Source: Adineta vaga (lineage: Eukaryota > Animalia > Rotifera). Taken from it: a DNA stretch of 64,000 nucleotides. A program made the position numbers and the translations under genes. Location: positions 16,430,001-16,494,000 of the forward strand of contig CP075492.1 in the NCBI GenBank assembly GCA_021613535.1, in the 5' to 3' direction. The first letter of the stretch is position 1. Each line of letters starts with the position of its first letter. Positions 1 through 9,866 of the stretch are shown here, in pieces. A model generated the notes under the pieces. That model was given only the letters and a program-made list of their open reading frames with translations. It made no database searches and was not told where the DNA came from.

Positions 1-2616
1 TTTAGTTTTGATATGTCAATATTTGAAATGTTTGGTACTTTATTAAATGGAGGAATATTAGTGATTGTTTCTCCAGAATCAACTTGTTCGATTCGAGCTC
101 TTATGGAATTACAACTTGATATTATTGGTCCTTCGACCGCTGTTTTTAATATTCTTGTACAACAAGAATCATCAGAAGCACTCTTTGCTTCTTTACAAAA
201 GATTTACATCGGTGGTGAAAAAGCCAATGTTAAATATTTACGTCGTGCAATGAAGGATCAAACTTTAGGAAAGTTTGTAAATATGTATGGTCCAACGGAA
301 ACAACGGTATTTGCCTTATTTTATGAATTATCAAACTCAATTCCGATAGATGCATCAACTATTCCTATTGGCCAATCATTAACAAATACATTGATTTATA
401 TTGTTGATGAATCATTAAATTTAGTACCACATGGTATTCCTGGAGAATTGTTAATTGGAGGAATTGGTTTAAGTAACGGTTATCATAATCGTTCTGATCT
501 TACAAAACAAAAATTCATCGATAATCCATTTGGCGAAGGTCTTGTTTATTGTACTGGTGATATTTGTCGTATGCTTAATGATGGTAATATTGAATTTCTT
601 CGACGTCTTGATACTCAAGTAAAACTTCGTTCACAACGTCTTGAATTAGGAGAAATAGAATTTCATCTTCTTCAACATGAATATATCGCCGATGCTGTTG
701 TTCTCTTACGTGACGATATAGTTGAAGACGAGAAACATCTTGTTGCTTATATTCAACCAATATCTTCAATCGATTCTGAACAAATACGTCACTATCTTAC
801 AAAGCGTCTTCCAGATTATATGATACCCACGTATATTGTCATCATGTCTCAATTTTCACTTAATCTTGTTGGTAAAATCGATAAAAAATCACTTCCAAAA
901 CCACAACGACAAATAAATACTTTAGACATAATTCGTCAAATATGTTCTCATGTATTAAAACAAAATGATATTGATATGAATGAGAATTTCTTTAAATTAG
1001 GAGGTCATTCTCTTTCAGCAATGGAAATAATTGCGAAAATTTATGAAAAACTTAACATTCAAATTACTATTCCTAATCTTTTTCAAACACAATCAATCGC
1101 TGAATTAGCTCGATATATAGAAAAACAATTGAAAACTGAAAATACTTCACAAAAATTAGAACATCCAAAAGTAAATAATCCTTCTCGTGCACCATTAACA
1201 GCTACTCAAAAACAATTTTGGTTTTTTTGGAAATTAAAACCAGAAAGTTCATTTTATAATGTACCAATAGCTTTCAAAATCAACGGAAAATTAAATATGG
1301 CAAAATTAAATCGTTCTTTACATTATCTTGTGTCAAAATATGTTTTATTACGAACTGAATTTAAAGAAGAAAATGATGGTACAGTTTGGCAAGAAAAAAA
1401 CCATCAGTGGAATTTACCTTTGATTGAAGAAACAATAGAAGGAACAATGCAAACACCAGAAGTTATTCAACGTTTACAATTTTATTCATTTAAACCATTC
1501 AAATTAACTGAAGGACAAGTTTGTCGATTTGTTGTCTTTCATTTGTCAAATAATCAGCATATTTTCTTGATTTGTTATCATCACATCATATGTGATGGAC
1601 AATCTGCTAGTCAATTTGTAAATGAATTATTCGAATTATATGATTCAAATGATACAATTTTACCAATGATTTCAAATAAAGACACATCATTTTTTAATTA
1701 TGCAATACATATGGCAGAAAATTCATCTTCAAAACATAATTTAGATCAAGTTATTAATTATTTACGAGATTTTCAATCATTAACGTTCAATCCACATTTT
1801 ATTAATGAACAAAAACAAGATATCGACTATAAATCACATATATCAACATTTGTTATTCCGACTAATATTGCTGAAAAATTAAGAAAATTAGCAATAAATC
1901 ATTCATGTACTTTGCATACTATTTTATTGGCACTATTTAATTGTATATTAAGTGTATATTGTTCGGATACATCGGATATTATACTTGGTTCAATTATATC
2001 TACACGTTCACAACCAGGTGTTATCAATTTATTTGGTCCTTTAATTAATACACTACCAATACGTACTCATCTTCCAAATACATCGAATACAACATTTCTT
2101 GATATTCTTCAAAGTGTACGTCAATCAGTTTTATTCAGTATGGAACATCAAATGGTACCTTTTGCTGATATTGTACAACGTTTACGTTCAATAAGTACAG
2201 ATCCAAGTCTGTTTACGTATCATCCTATTGTCCGAGTTATTTTTGAAATGAATTCATACAATTTATTTGATCGTTCAAAACAATTTATGGATGGAACTGA
2301 ATGGACTAGCATCAATGATTCACAATTACTTTTACCTTATACGAAATCTGATATTAACTTAGAAGTTATGGATTATGGTATTAATCAACCAATTCGTGTG
2401 GCTTTTTATCTAGACTGTAATTTATTCAAATCTGAAATAGCAACTGTCATGGCGGACTGTTATCGTTATGCAATTGATTTAGTCGTACGTGATTCAACAT
2501 GTACCAGAACAAAACTTTGGGATTATTTACATATGATTCAACAGAATAGATTTGATTTGATTTTACATGAACAATTCCGAAAACAAGTTTGGATTACATC
2601 ACATCTCCAGCTGTAA
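1..2616 (+). CDS. NRPS-PKS hybrid, upstream part (partial A domain - PCP - condensation domain); runs in from before the window
   Basis: Frame is open from base 1 (FSFDMSIFE = A4 motif). Motifs: NMYGPTETT, YCTGD, GKIDKK, PCP FFKLGGHSL (~1000), C-domain HHIICDG (~1580). Ends in LHEQFRKQV, the start of the next A domain. Confidence 0.95.
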   Translation, partial: FSFDMSIFEMFGTLLNGGILVIVSPESTCSIRALMELQLDIIGPSTAVFNILVQQESSEALFASLQKIYIGGEKANVKYLRRAMKDQTLGKFVNMYGPTETTVFALFYELSNSIPIDASTIPIGQSLTNTLIYIVDESLNLVPHGIPGELLIGGIGLSNGYHNRSDLTKQKFIDNPFGEGLVYCTGDICRMLNDGNIEFLRRLDTQVKLRSQRLELGEIEFHLLQHEYIADAVVLLRDDIVEDEKHLVAYIQPISSIDSEQIRHYLTKRLPDYMIPTYIVIMSQFSLNLVGKIDKKSLPKPQRQINTLDIIRQICSHVLKQNDIDMNENFFKLGGHSLSAMEIIAKIYEKLNIQITIPNLFQTQSIAELARYIEKQLKTENTSQKLEHPKVNNPSRAPLTATQKQFWFFWKLKPESSFYNVPIAFKINGKLNMAKLNRSLHYLVSKYVLLRTEFKEENDGTVWQEKNHQWNLPLIEETIEGTMQTPEVIQRLQFYSFKPFKLTEGQVCRFVVFHLSNNQHIFLICYHHIICDGQSASQFVNELFELYDSNDTILPMISNKDTSFFNYAIHMAENSSSKHNLDQVINYLRDFQSLTFNPHFINEQKQDIDYKSHISTFVIPTNIAEKLRKLAINHSCTLHTILLALFNCILSVYCSDTSDIILGSIISTRSQPGVINLFGPLINTLPIRTHLPNTSNTTFLDILQSVRQSVLFSMEHQMVPFADIVQRLRSISTDPSLFTYHPIVRVIFEMNSYNLFDRSKQFMDGTEWTSINDSQLLLPYTKSDINLEVMDYGINQPIRVAFYLDCNLFKSEIATVMADCYRYAIDLVVRDSTCTRTKLWDYLHMIQQNRFDLILHEQFRKQVWITSHLQL

Positions 2617-5600
2617 TATATCAAGGCCAGACATATACATATGTTGAATTGTTAGAACAAGTTGAACGTATAGCATCATATTTATGTCATATGAATACAA
2701 AACCAGGCGATATAATTGCTTTATATATGAATCGTTGTGCTTTTATGATCTCAGCTATGTTTGGAGTACTTATGGCTGGTGCTACCTATCTATATTTAGA
2801 TCCTGAACTTCCTGACCAACGCATACGTAGTATGCTTCGTAATGTTAATGTACGAATAGTTATAGAAAACGAAGAAGGATCAACAACGAATTGTTCAGCA
2901 TTTGAAAACATGAAAATATTGTCGAATAAATTGGTAGCGGAAGAATTGAAAGAAGACATTCAATTTCCAATCATTCATCCATCACATCATTGCTATCTTA
3001 TATATACATCTGGTTCTACAGGTGAACCCAAAGGTATGATGATTCAACATCAAGCTGTATCGAAACGTATTCGTCTACCTGTACCTATCACATCGTCGGC
3101 ACGAATAGCTCAATTAACATCATGCAGTTTTGATGCATACATTCTTGAAATATATGGTGCTTTACTTCATGGTGCTACATTAATTATCTATGATAAGAAA
3201 CTTATCTTTCAACCCAAACTACTTTTTGATCAAATTACAGAACAACATATCACCCATATGTACTTAGCAACACCTATATTTAATTTACTAGCTGAATATG
3301 TTCCAAATATTTTTGCTAATATGGAATGTGTCTTATTTGCTGGAGATAGTGCTAATGCTAAATTAATGCGTATAGTACTACAAACAAATAAACCACCAAA
3401 AAGATTGATCAACGCTTATGGGCCTACAGAAACAACTTGTATTGTAACATGGTATGATACTTCGATACATTTTCCAAATCTTTCCGATGATAGTCAAATA
3501 CCTATTGGTTTACCTTTATCGGATACACCTCTGTATATTGTTAATCCAACAACACTTGAATTAGTAGGAAAGAATGAAGAAGGAGAACTGATTATTGGTG
3601 GATATGGAGTTTGTGATGGTTATATTAATAATCATCATGAAACAAAAACAAAATTTCTTGTTAATCAATATGGTATGGATGGTAGAATTTATCGTACTGG
3701 TGATCGTGTTAAACGTTCTTCTGATGGAACTATTCAATTTCTTGGTCGTTTCGATACACAAGTTAAGATCAATGGAAATCGAATTGAATTAGCAGAAATT
3801 GAATATCTATTGCAAGGATATCCGACAATATCTGAAGCTATTGTTGTTGTTCGAAATGATCTTGTACCAAATACACAATCAATCGTGGCTTACGTTCGAC
3901 CTAAAGAACAAAATGAAAAAGAAATTCTTCAATATTTAAGCCGTCGATTACCTTCCTATATGTTACCATCATTTATCATACCAATTGAAGAATTTCCTAT
4001 TAGTTCTGGAGGCGGTAAACGAGATATCAAAAGTTTACCATCAATAAAAGCTAATATTAAAAACGAAAAGGATACTCTTTCAATAATAGAATCAAAACTT
4101 CAATTGGCGTGGAATACTGTTTTGAATAATGGTAAGAATAATCATGTATTTCAAATGGATGATGATTTTTTCATGTTTGGTGGAACATCAATGAATATCA
4201 TTCAACTTCATCGACAACTTGAAATACAATTTGGCTTAACATTAGATCCAATGTCCTTCTTTGAAATACGTACTTTATCTGCACAACTATCTTGGTTTGC
4301 TTCTCTTCAACCAAAGCATGTTGAACGTATACAAGAAAATCCACTGTCAAACAACATAACAACAGAAGGAATTTCTATTATTGGTATGTCTGCTCGATAT
4401 GGTACAATAGAAACAGCTGCTGATCTATGGACAGCACTTCGTAATGGTACCGATTTTTGTACTCATATTACTAATGAGGAATTATTACAACAAAATCCAT
4501 CGATGGCTAGTATGTTAAATGCTAATCCTAATTATGTTCATGCGCATTGTCCTATGACCAATGCTTTATGCTTTGATCATGTCTTTTTTGGTATGACTAA
4601 ACGAGATGCTGAAATTACTGATCCACAACATCGTATTCTGTTAGAAGCTACTTATGAAGCTCTGGAAAATGCTGGTATTGTACCACAAGAATATTCGGGA
4701 ACAATCGGTATGTTTGGAGCAATTTATCGAAATACATATGCTGATCAATATAATCTTTTACGTGCAAATCCTTACGAAGTTTATGATACAACGAAAGCAA
4801 GTATGGGTATTGCTACATTTGATTCAGCAACAATAATGCGTGCAGAAATTGGTAATATGATCGATGGTGCACCAACATTTGTTTCCTATAAATTAGGTTT
4901 TAATGGACCATCAATGGCAATACAAACAGCATGTTCATCTTCGGGAACTGCAATCCATATGGCAATACGTAGTCTCGAAGCAGGTGACTGTAGCATCGCT
5001 ATTGTGGCTGGAATTTCGATTACATTTCCATTAGATATGGGTTATAATTATCAACCAGGAATGGTTATGTCAAAGACGGGTATATGTCGATCGTTCGATG
5101 AAAGTGCTGATGGTGTTGTTGGTGGGGATGGAGCTGGTGTCGTAGTACTGATGAAAACATCAGAAGCTATATCAACTGGTTATTCTATTCGTGGTAAAAT
5201 TACAGGATATGCAATAAATAATGATGGTCAAAATAAAAAATCTTATTCTACAACTAGTCCAGATGCACAAGCCATGTGTATGCAAAAAGCACAGATGACA
5301 GCAAATATTCATTCTCCACAACAGGAAATTGATTATGTTGAAGCACATGGTCCTGGTACACAAATGGGAGATCTATTAGAGATTCAAGCACTTACCAAAG
5401 CATACTCTTCTCAAAATGAATCAATAACACGTCAACTATATTTAGGTTCAATTAAAACAAACATTGGTCATACAGCACATTCAGCATGCATGGCTGGTTT
5501 GATTAAAATAGTTCTATCTTTAGAAGCTGCTGAAATACCACCAACACTTAATTTTCATCAGTTTAGTCCCGTTGTTCAACGCTTACAACCGCCATTTCAA

Positions 5601-8600
5601 GTGAATACTCATACAATTCCATGGCCAACGAATGATAATAAGCATCGACCTCGACGTGCAGCATTAAATACTTTGGGACAAGGTGGAACAAACACACACT
5701 TTATTATCGAACAAGGTTATTCAATGCCAGAAGTTCATGCGTCGTTTGAACCACAACTCTTTGTTTTGAGCGCAAAAACAGAGACTGCTTTAACAAATGT
5801 CAAATTGCGTCTATTCAATCATTTATCGAAATCAGATGATGTACATTTACTTAATGCTTCTTATACTTTAGCATGCGGTCGCATAGCTTATGATCGACGA
5901 TACTTTGCTGTTGCCTCCACAGTTGAAGAGCTTAAAGAACAATTATCAAATACTAATATGTCGCTTGACAACAATAATAGTGAGAAAACGAAGCCTCAAA
6001 TTATTTTCGTCTTTCCTGGACAGGGTACACAATATGCTGGCATGGCTCGTCAATTATACGATCGTTTTCCACAATCATGTGCGAAAATAATAGATACTTG
6101 TTTAGACGAATTACATGCATTAGATAATGATATACAACAAAAAGTTCGTACATGTCTGTTCAATGAATTTTTTAATGATCATGTTGTACTTGAACAATAT
6201 GCTCAAATTACTTTATTCATTGTGGAATATAGTTTAGCTCAAGTTTTTCTCTCGTTAAATATTCGTCCACATTATATTATTGGACATAGTAGTGGTGAAT
6301 TTGTTGCTGCTTGTCTAGCCGAAGTGATGACAATGAAAGATGCTATACGATTACTTGTACGACGATGTCAACTTATGATGACTGTAGCATCTGGTGCTAT
6401 GCTTGCTGTAGAAATTGATCCCAAAGATGATATGTCTGAATTAGCAATAGAGTATGACGTCGATTTAGCTGTTATTAATTCATCGACTCAATATGTTTAT
6501 TCTGGTTCAGTATCGAATATACAAAAGCTCGAGACTGATATGCGAAACAAAGGAAAGAAAGTGAAATTACTCAATACTTTTACTGGATTTCATTCTCGTC
6601 TAATGGAACCAATCTGTCAACAATTAGAATATGAATTCAAGACTATGACATTACGAGAACCAACAATTCCTATTATTTCAACAGTAACTGGTCAACTTGT
6701 CAATGCAGGTGAAATGACACAAACGAAATATTGGTGTGATCATTTACGACAACCGGTACTCTTTGCTCCATGTCTTTTTTATATGTTAACCAACAATCTA
6801 ATGACAAATAATAGATCAACTATATTTATTCCTGTTGGACCTGGTAAAGCATTACATTCGCTTTTAATTCGTGCTGTATCAATGGCAACTGTTATTTCTT
6901 CTCCACTATCACCGAATTCATCATCCGCATTATTTTATACATTAGGCTCAATATGGGCAAATATGATTCCACTAAATTGGACAGAATATTATCGTAATAC
7001 AAATGCTCGACGTACAGTTTTACCAAACTATCCATTTGAACGAACAATATGTGACGCTGATAATCGAGCGACAACTATTACTGATACTAGTATTGAATCA
7101 TCAATTCAAACAAGATCATGCTGTACTGCTCATAATTTACCTGCAAATTTGTCAACAAAAAAAACAACAACAAAAGATTTATTTGAATTACTAAGCAAAC
7201 AAAATAAATTTCTCTGTGAACGAACTCAATCACATCAGAATCGAAAGAATACACTTCCATGGAAGATTAATAAACGTCCATCAATAAGTGTTCAACTATT
7301 GAATTTATTAACGAATACTTCTACATCATTACAGACAACACCTACAATTAGAGAAAATATGCAATTAAATCTTGGTTCTTGTAGTTCTCTATTCGTATTG
7401 GCTTTATATCATGAAGCGATCGAATTAGATCTACTTCAAAGTCATGATTTAGTAACACAATTTATTCCTAACGAATATCAACAATCTAATCTTACTCTAA
7501 CAATTGACGATCTTCTACAAAATAACATAGAAACAAATATGAAATGTTGCGCACCGGATGATTTACTCAATGCACTTCAACAAATAACAATGAAATCAAA
7601 AACTAAAACCGATCGTACTCCAACTATTTTTGCACTCTCATTATTAGGACATATATTAGCTGTTTTACATGAAACATCCTACGATGAACTCGTCTATGAT
7701 CGTATTATTCTACCATTCAATTTACAACAAACAAAGATCAATATTTCTCTATCCAATGAAGCTTACTATCCAGCTACAGCTACACAAAGTTGTATCGAGG
7801 ATCTACAAATGATTTTCAATTCATCTAACAATGATTCAATATCGACAGGATTTAAAAAGGCACTTCTATCAAATCAAGTGTATTACACAAATACTGAACA
7901 ACTTATTATACTAAATTATCCCAATAATTCTGACAAAGTGTTTATTATAGCTAGTCAACATCCACTCCAACAATCAAATGTTGATGCAATTATAAAATCT
8001 AGACATTCTTCCATTGATAAAAATGTCTGTCAATCTTTTACTAATTACGAAGAGCTTGTACATAAATGTTTAACACAGCTTCTTGGATCATCAGGTCATA
8101 CAATGATATCAAATTTCTCTTCTGGAACACTATTTGATCAATTAGGTATTGATTCTTTACAAGCTATTACATTTGTTGAACTTTTATCACAACAATTCGG
8201 TATTCAATTATCTGTCGATCTAATGTCAAAATATCCTAATATTAAAAGTTTATCTGATTATTTAAAACAATTTTTTTCTATAGATAATAACGATAAAGTA
8301 AAGCAATCTTTTCAAGAATATATTCTGAATAAGGAAGCTGGTATGCCACGTGTATATGAATCTACAACAACCAATCGTTCATTATCAATACTTTTATCAT
8401 TTATTACAAATAATAAAGTGAAATTACTTAAACAATTACATCAAGATGGTGCTTTACTATTCCGAGGATTTGCTGTTGATAGTGCTGAAGACTTTTCTAA
8501 AGTCGTCGAATTATTAGCTGATAAAGATAAGGCATTTCTCGATTATAAAGATGGTATTTCTCCACGTACTCGAATCACAAACAAAGTGTTCACTTCAACT

Positions 8601-9287
8601 GAGTATCCACAACAATTTGATATGGCTTTACACAATGAAATGTCGTATTCACATACAATGCCTTCAATGATTTTCTTCTATTGTCAGCTACCACCGGATG
8701 AAAGTGCAGGTGGTGAAACACCGATTGGAAATTCTGCAGCGATTTATAATGCAATTGATCCAAGCATTCGACAGGATTTTATTGATAAACAATTACTTTA
8801 TATTACTAATTTACCAAGTAAAACAAATGGAATTAGTCTTGGTAAAACATGGCAAGATACATATCAAACTGAATCAAAGGCAGATGTTGAAACGTTTCTA
8901 AAAGATAGAGATATTCAATTCAAATGGTTAGCCGATGATCGTCTTAGAACAATACGACTGATTGATGGTGTTCGACAACATCCAGATACAGGTGAAATGG
9001 TATGGTGTAATCATGCTCATTTGTTTCATCCAACAGATCTTAATATATCGACACGTCAAACTCTACAGAAACGTCTTGAACCATTAGATATGCCAAAAAA
9101 TTGTTTTTTTGGTAATGGAGATATTATTCCAGATACATCACTTGATCATATTCGTCAAGTATTGAAACAGCATGAAATAAAATGGACATGGAAAACAGGC
9201 GATATACTTATATTAGATAATCTTCGTACAGCACATGGTCGTGCTTCATTTCATGGAGAACGACGTATTTTAGTTTCAATGTGTTAA
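2589..9287 (+). CDS. NRPS-PKS hybrid, downstream part: A - PCP - KS - AT - degenerate beta-lactamase-like domain - ACP - TauD/SyrP-like Fe(II)/2OG dioxygenase
   Basis: A: YTSGSTGEPKG, NAYGPTETT, YRTGD. PCP: FGGTS. KS: DPQHR, TACSSS, EAHGPGT, KTNIGH. AT: FPGQGTQ, GHSSG, GFHS. ACP: LGIDSL. Dioxygenase: LHNEMSY, GGETP, DNLRTAHGR. Intronless; continues the previous ORF across a -1 frameshift. Confidence 0.95.
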   Translation: MDYITSPAVIYQGQTYTYVELLEQVERIASYLCHMNTKPGDIIALYMNRCAFMISAMFGVLMAGATYLYLDPELPDQRIRSMLRNVNVRIVIENEEGSTTNCSAFENMKILSNKLVAEELKEDIQFPIIHPSHHCYLIYTSGSTGEPKGMMIQHQAVSKRIRLPVPITSSARIAQLTSCSFDAYILEIYGALLHGATLIIYDKKLIFQPKLLFDQITEQHITHMYLATPIFNLLAEYVPNIFANMECVLFAGDSANAKLMRIVLQTNKPPKRLINAYGPTETTCIVTWYDTSIHFPNLSDDSQIPIGLPLSDTPLYIVNPTTLELVGKNEEGELIIGGYGVCDGYINNHHETKTKFLVNQYGMDGRIYRTGDRVKRSSDGTIQFLGRFDTQVKINGNRIELAEIEYLLQGYPTISEAIVVVRNDLVPNTQSIVAYVRPKEQNEKEILQYLSRRLPSYMLPSFIIPIEEFPISSGGGKRDIKSLPSIKANIKNEKDTLSIIESKLQLAWNTVLNNGKNNHVFQMDDDFFMFGGTSMNIIQLHRQLEIQFGLTLDPMSFFEIRTLSAQLSWFASLQPKHVERIQENPLSNNITTEGISIIGMSARYGTIETAADLWTALRNGTDFCTHITNEELLQQNPSMASMLNANPNYVHAHCPMTNALCFDHVFFGMTKRDAEITDPQHRILLEATYEALENAGIVPQEYSGTIGMFGAIYRNTYADQYNLLRANPYEVYDTTKASMGIATFDSATIMRAEIGNMIDGAPTFVSYKLGFNGPSMAIQTACSSSGTAIHMAIRSLEAGDCSIAIVAGISITFPLDMGYNYQPGMVMSKTGICRSFDESADGVVGGDGAGVVVLMKTSEAISTGYSIRGKITGYAINNDGQNKKSYSTTSPDAQAMCMQKAQMTANIHSPQQEIDYVEAHGPGTQMGDLLEIQALTKAYSSQNESITRQLYLGSIKTNIGHTAHSACMAGLIKIVLSLEAAEIPPTLNFHQFSPVVQRLQPPFQVNTHTIPWPTNDNKHRPRRAALNTLGQGGTNTHFIIEQGYSMPEVHASFEPQLFVLSAKTETALTNVKLRLFNHLSKSDDVHLLNASYTLACGRIAYDRRYFAVASTVEELKEQLSNTNMSLDNNNSEKTKPQIIFVFPGQGTQYAGMARQLYDRFPQSCAKIIDTCLDELHALDNDIQQKVRTCLFNEFFNDHVVLEQYAQITLFIVEYSLAQVFLSLNIRPHYIIGHSSGEFVAACLAEVMTMKDAIRLLVRRCQLMMTVASGAMLAVEIDPKDDMSELAIEYDVDLAVINSSTQYVYSGSVSNIQKLETDMRNKGKKVKLLNTFTGFHSRLMEPICQQLEYEFKTMTLREPTIPIISTVTGQLVNAGEMTQTKYWCDHLRQPVLFAPCLFYMLTNNLMTNNRSTIFIPVGPGKALHSLLIRAVSMATVISSPLSPNSSSALFYTLGSIWANMIPLNWTEYYRNTNARRTVLPNYPFERTICDADNRATTITDTSIESSIQTRSCCTAHNLPANLSTKKTTTKDLFELLSKQNKFLCERTQSHQNRKNTLPWKINKRPSISVQLLNLLTNTSTSLQTTPTIRENMQLNLGSCSSLFVLALYHEAIELDLLQSHDLVTQFIPNEYQQSNLTLTIDDLLQNNIETNMKCCAPDDLLNALQQITMKSKTKTDRTPTIFALSLLGHILAVLHETSYDELVYDRIILPFNLQQTKINISLSNEAYYPATATQSCIEDLQMIFNSSNNDSISTGFKKALLSNQVYYTNTEQLIILNYPNNSDKVFIIASQHPLQQSNVDAIIKSRHSSIDKNVCQSFTNYEELVHKCLTQLLGSSGHTMISNFSSGTLFDQLGIDSLQAITFVELLSQQFGIQLSVDLMSKYPNIKSLSDYLKQFFSIDNNDKVKQSFQEYILNKEAGMPRVYESTTTNRSLSILLSFITNNKVKLLKQLHQDGALLFRGFAVDSAEDFSKVVELLADKDKAFLDYKDGISPRTRITNKVFTSTEYPQQFDMALHNEMSYSHTMPSMIFFYCQLPPDESAGGETPIGNSAAIYNAIDPSIRQDFIDKQLLYITNLPSKTNGISLGKTWQDTYQTESKADVETFLKDRDIQFKWLADDRLRTIRLIDGVRQHPDTGEMVWCNHAHLFHPTDLNISTRQTLQKRLEPLDMPKNCFFGNGDIIPDTSLDHIRQVLKQHEIKWTWKTGDILILDNLRTAHGRASFHGERRILVSMC

Positions 9288-9373
9288 TATTTCATTTTCA
9301 TTATTAGATTTGATTCATCCATTCATACATGTTGTATGTTAATTTTGTATATAGTGAATTGTTTGTGTTTCTA

Positions 9374-9379
9374 AATAAA
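9374..9379 (+). terminator. Putative polyadenylation signal of the NRPS-PKS gene
   Basis: AATAAA ~90 nt after the stop codon, with GT-rich sequence nearby; the hexamer is common in AT-rich DNA. Confidence 0.4.
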
Positions 9380-9866
9380 ACTTCAAAATAAGTTTTTGTC
9401 GTAGTTATTAAAGGTTATCTTGAAGGTGTAGATGTAGATCATTTACTATACACACACCCCATCAAGATACTGATTCGAGAATCACTCTGAGCTTGTTAAT
9501 ATTTAGATTCTTATCGTATGAATAGGGATTTATACACTCGTAAAATCGAAGAGTTTGTAACTAATATTTACTTAGTATGAACACAATTCAAGTCCGTTAG
9601 ACTATTAATCATATTGATCAAAAGCATCAAATTTCTTTCGAGTTCATGATTTTTATTAGTAAACATAAATTGTTAATCAAATTATATATTTTCTCATACT
9701 GTTGTACGTGTCATTTCTCATTATTTATCTATGAATCTTTTTATCAAATAAAAAGTACAGAATAACATCCATACAATACATTTCATAAAAATGACTCGTA
9801 TTCTCTTCTGATAAAGATAAACGATTCAGTGACGTCATTTATGATTTTATAAATCAGAACCTTGAA

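Noticed and set aside
2575-2625. Programmed -1 ribosomal frameshift or intron at the NRPS break
   Set aside because: No X XXY YYZ slippery heptamer or obvious downstream structure, and domain spacing leaves no room for an intron.
1-9287. Window is a bacterial contig
   Set aside because: Neighbouring genes have many consistent GT-AG introns and metazoan domains (REJ/GPS, P-glycoprotein), and composition is continuous across the junction.
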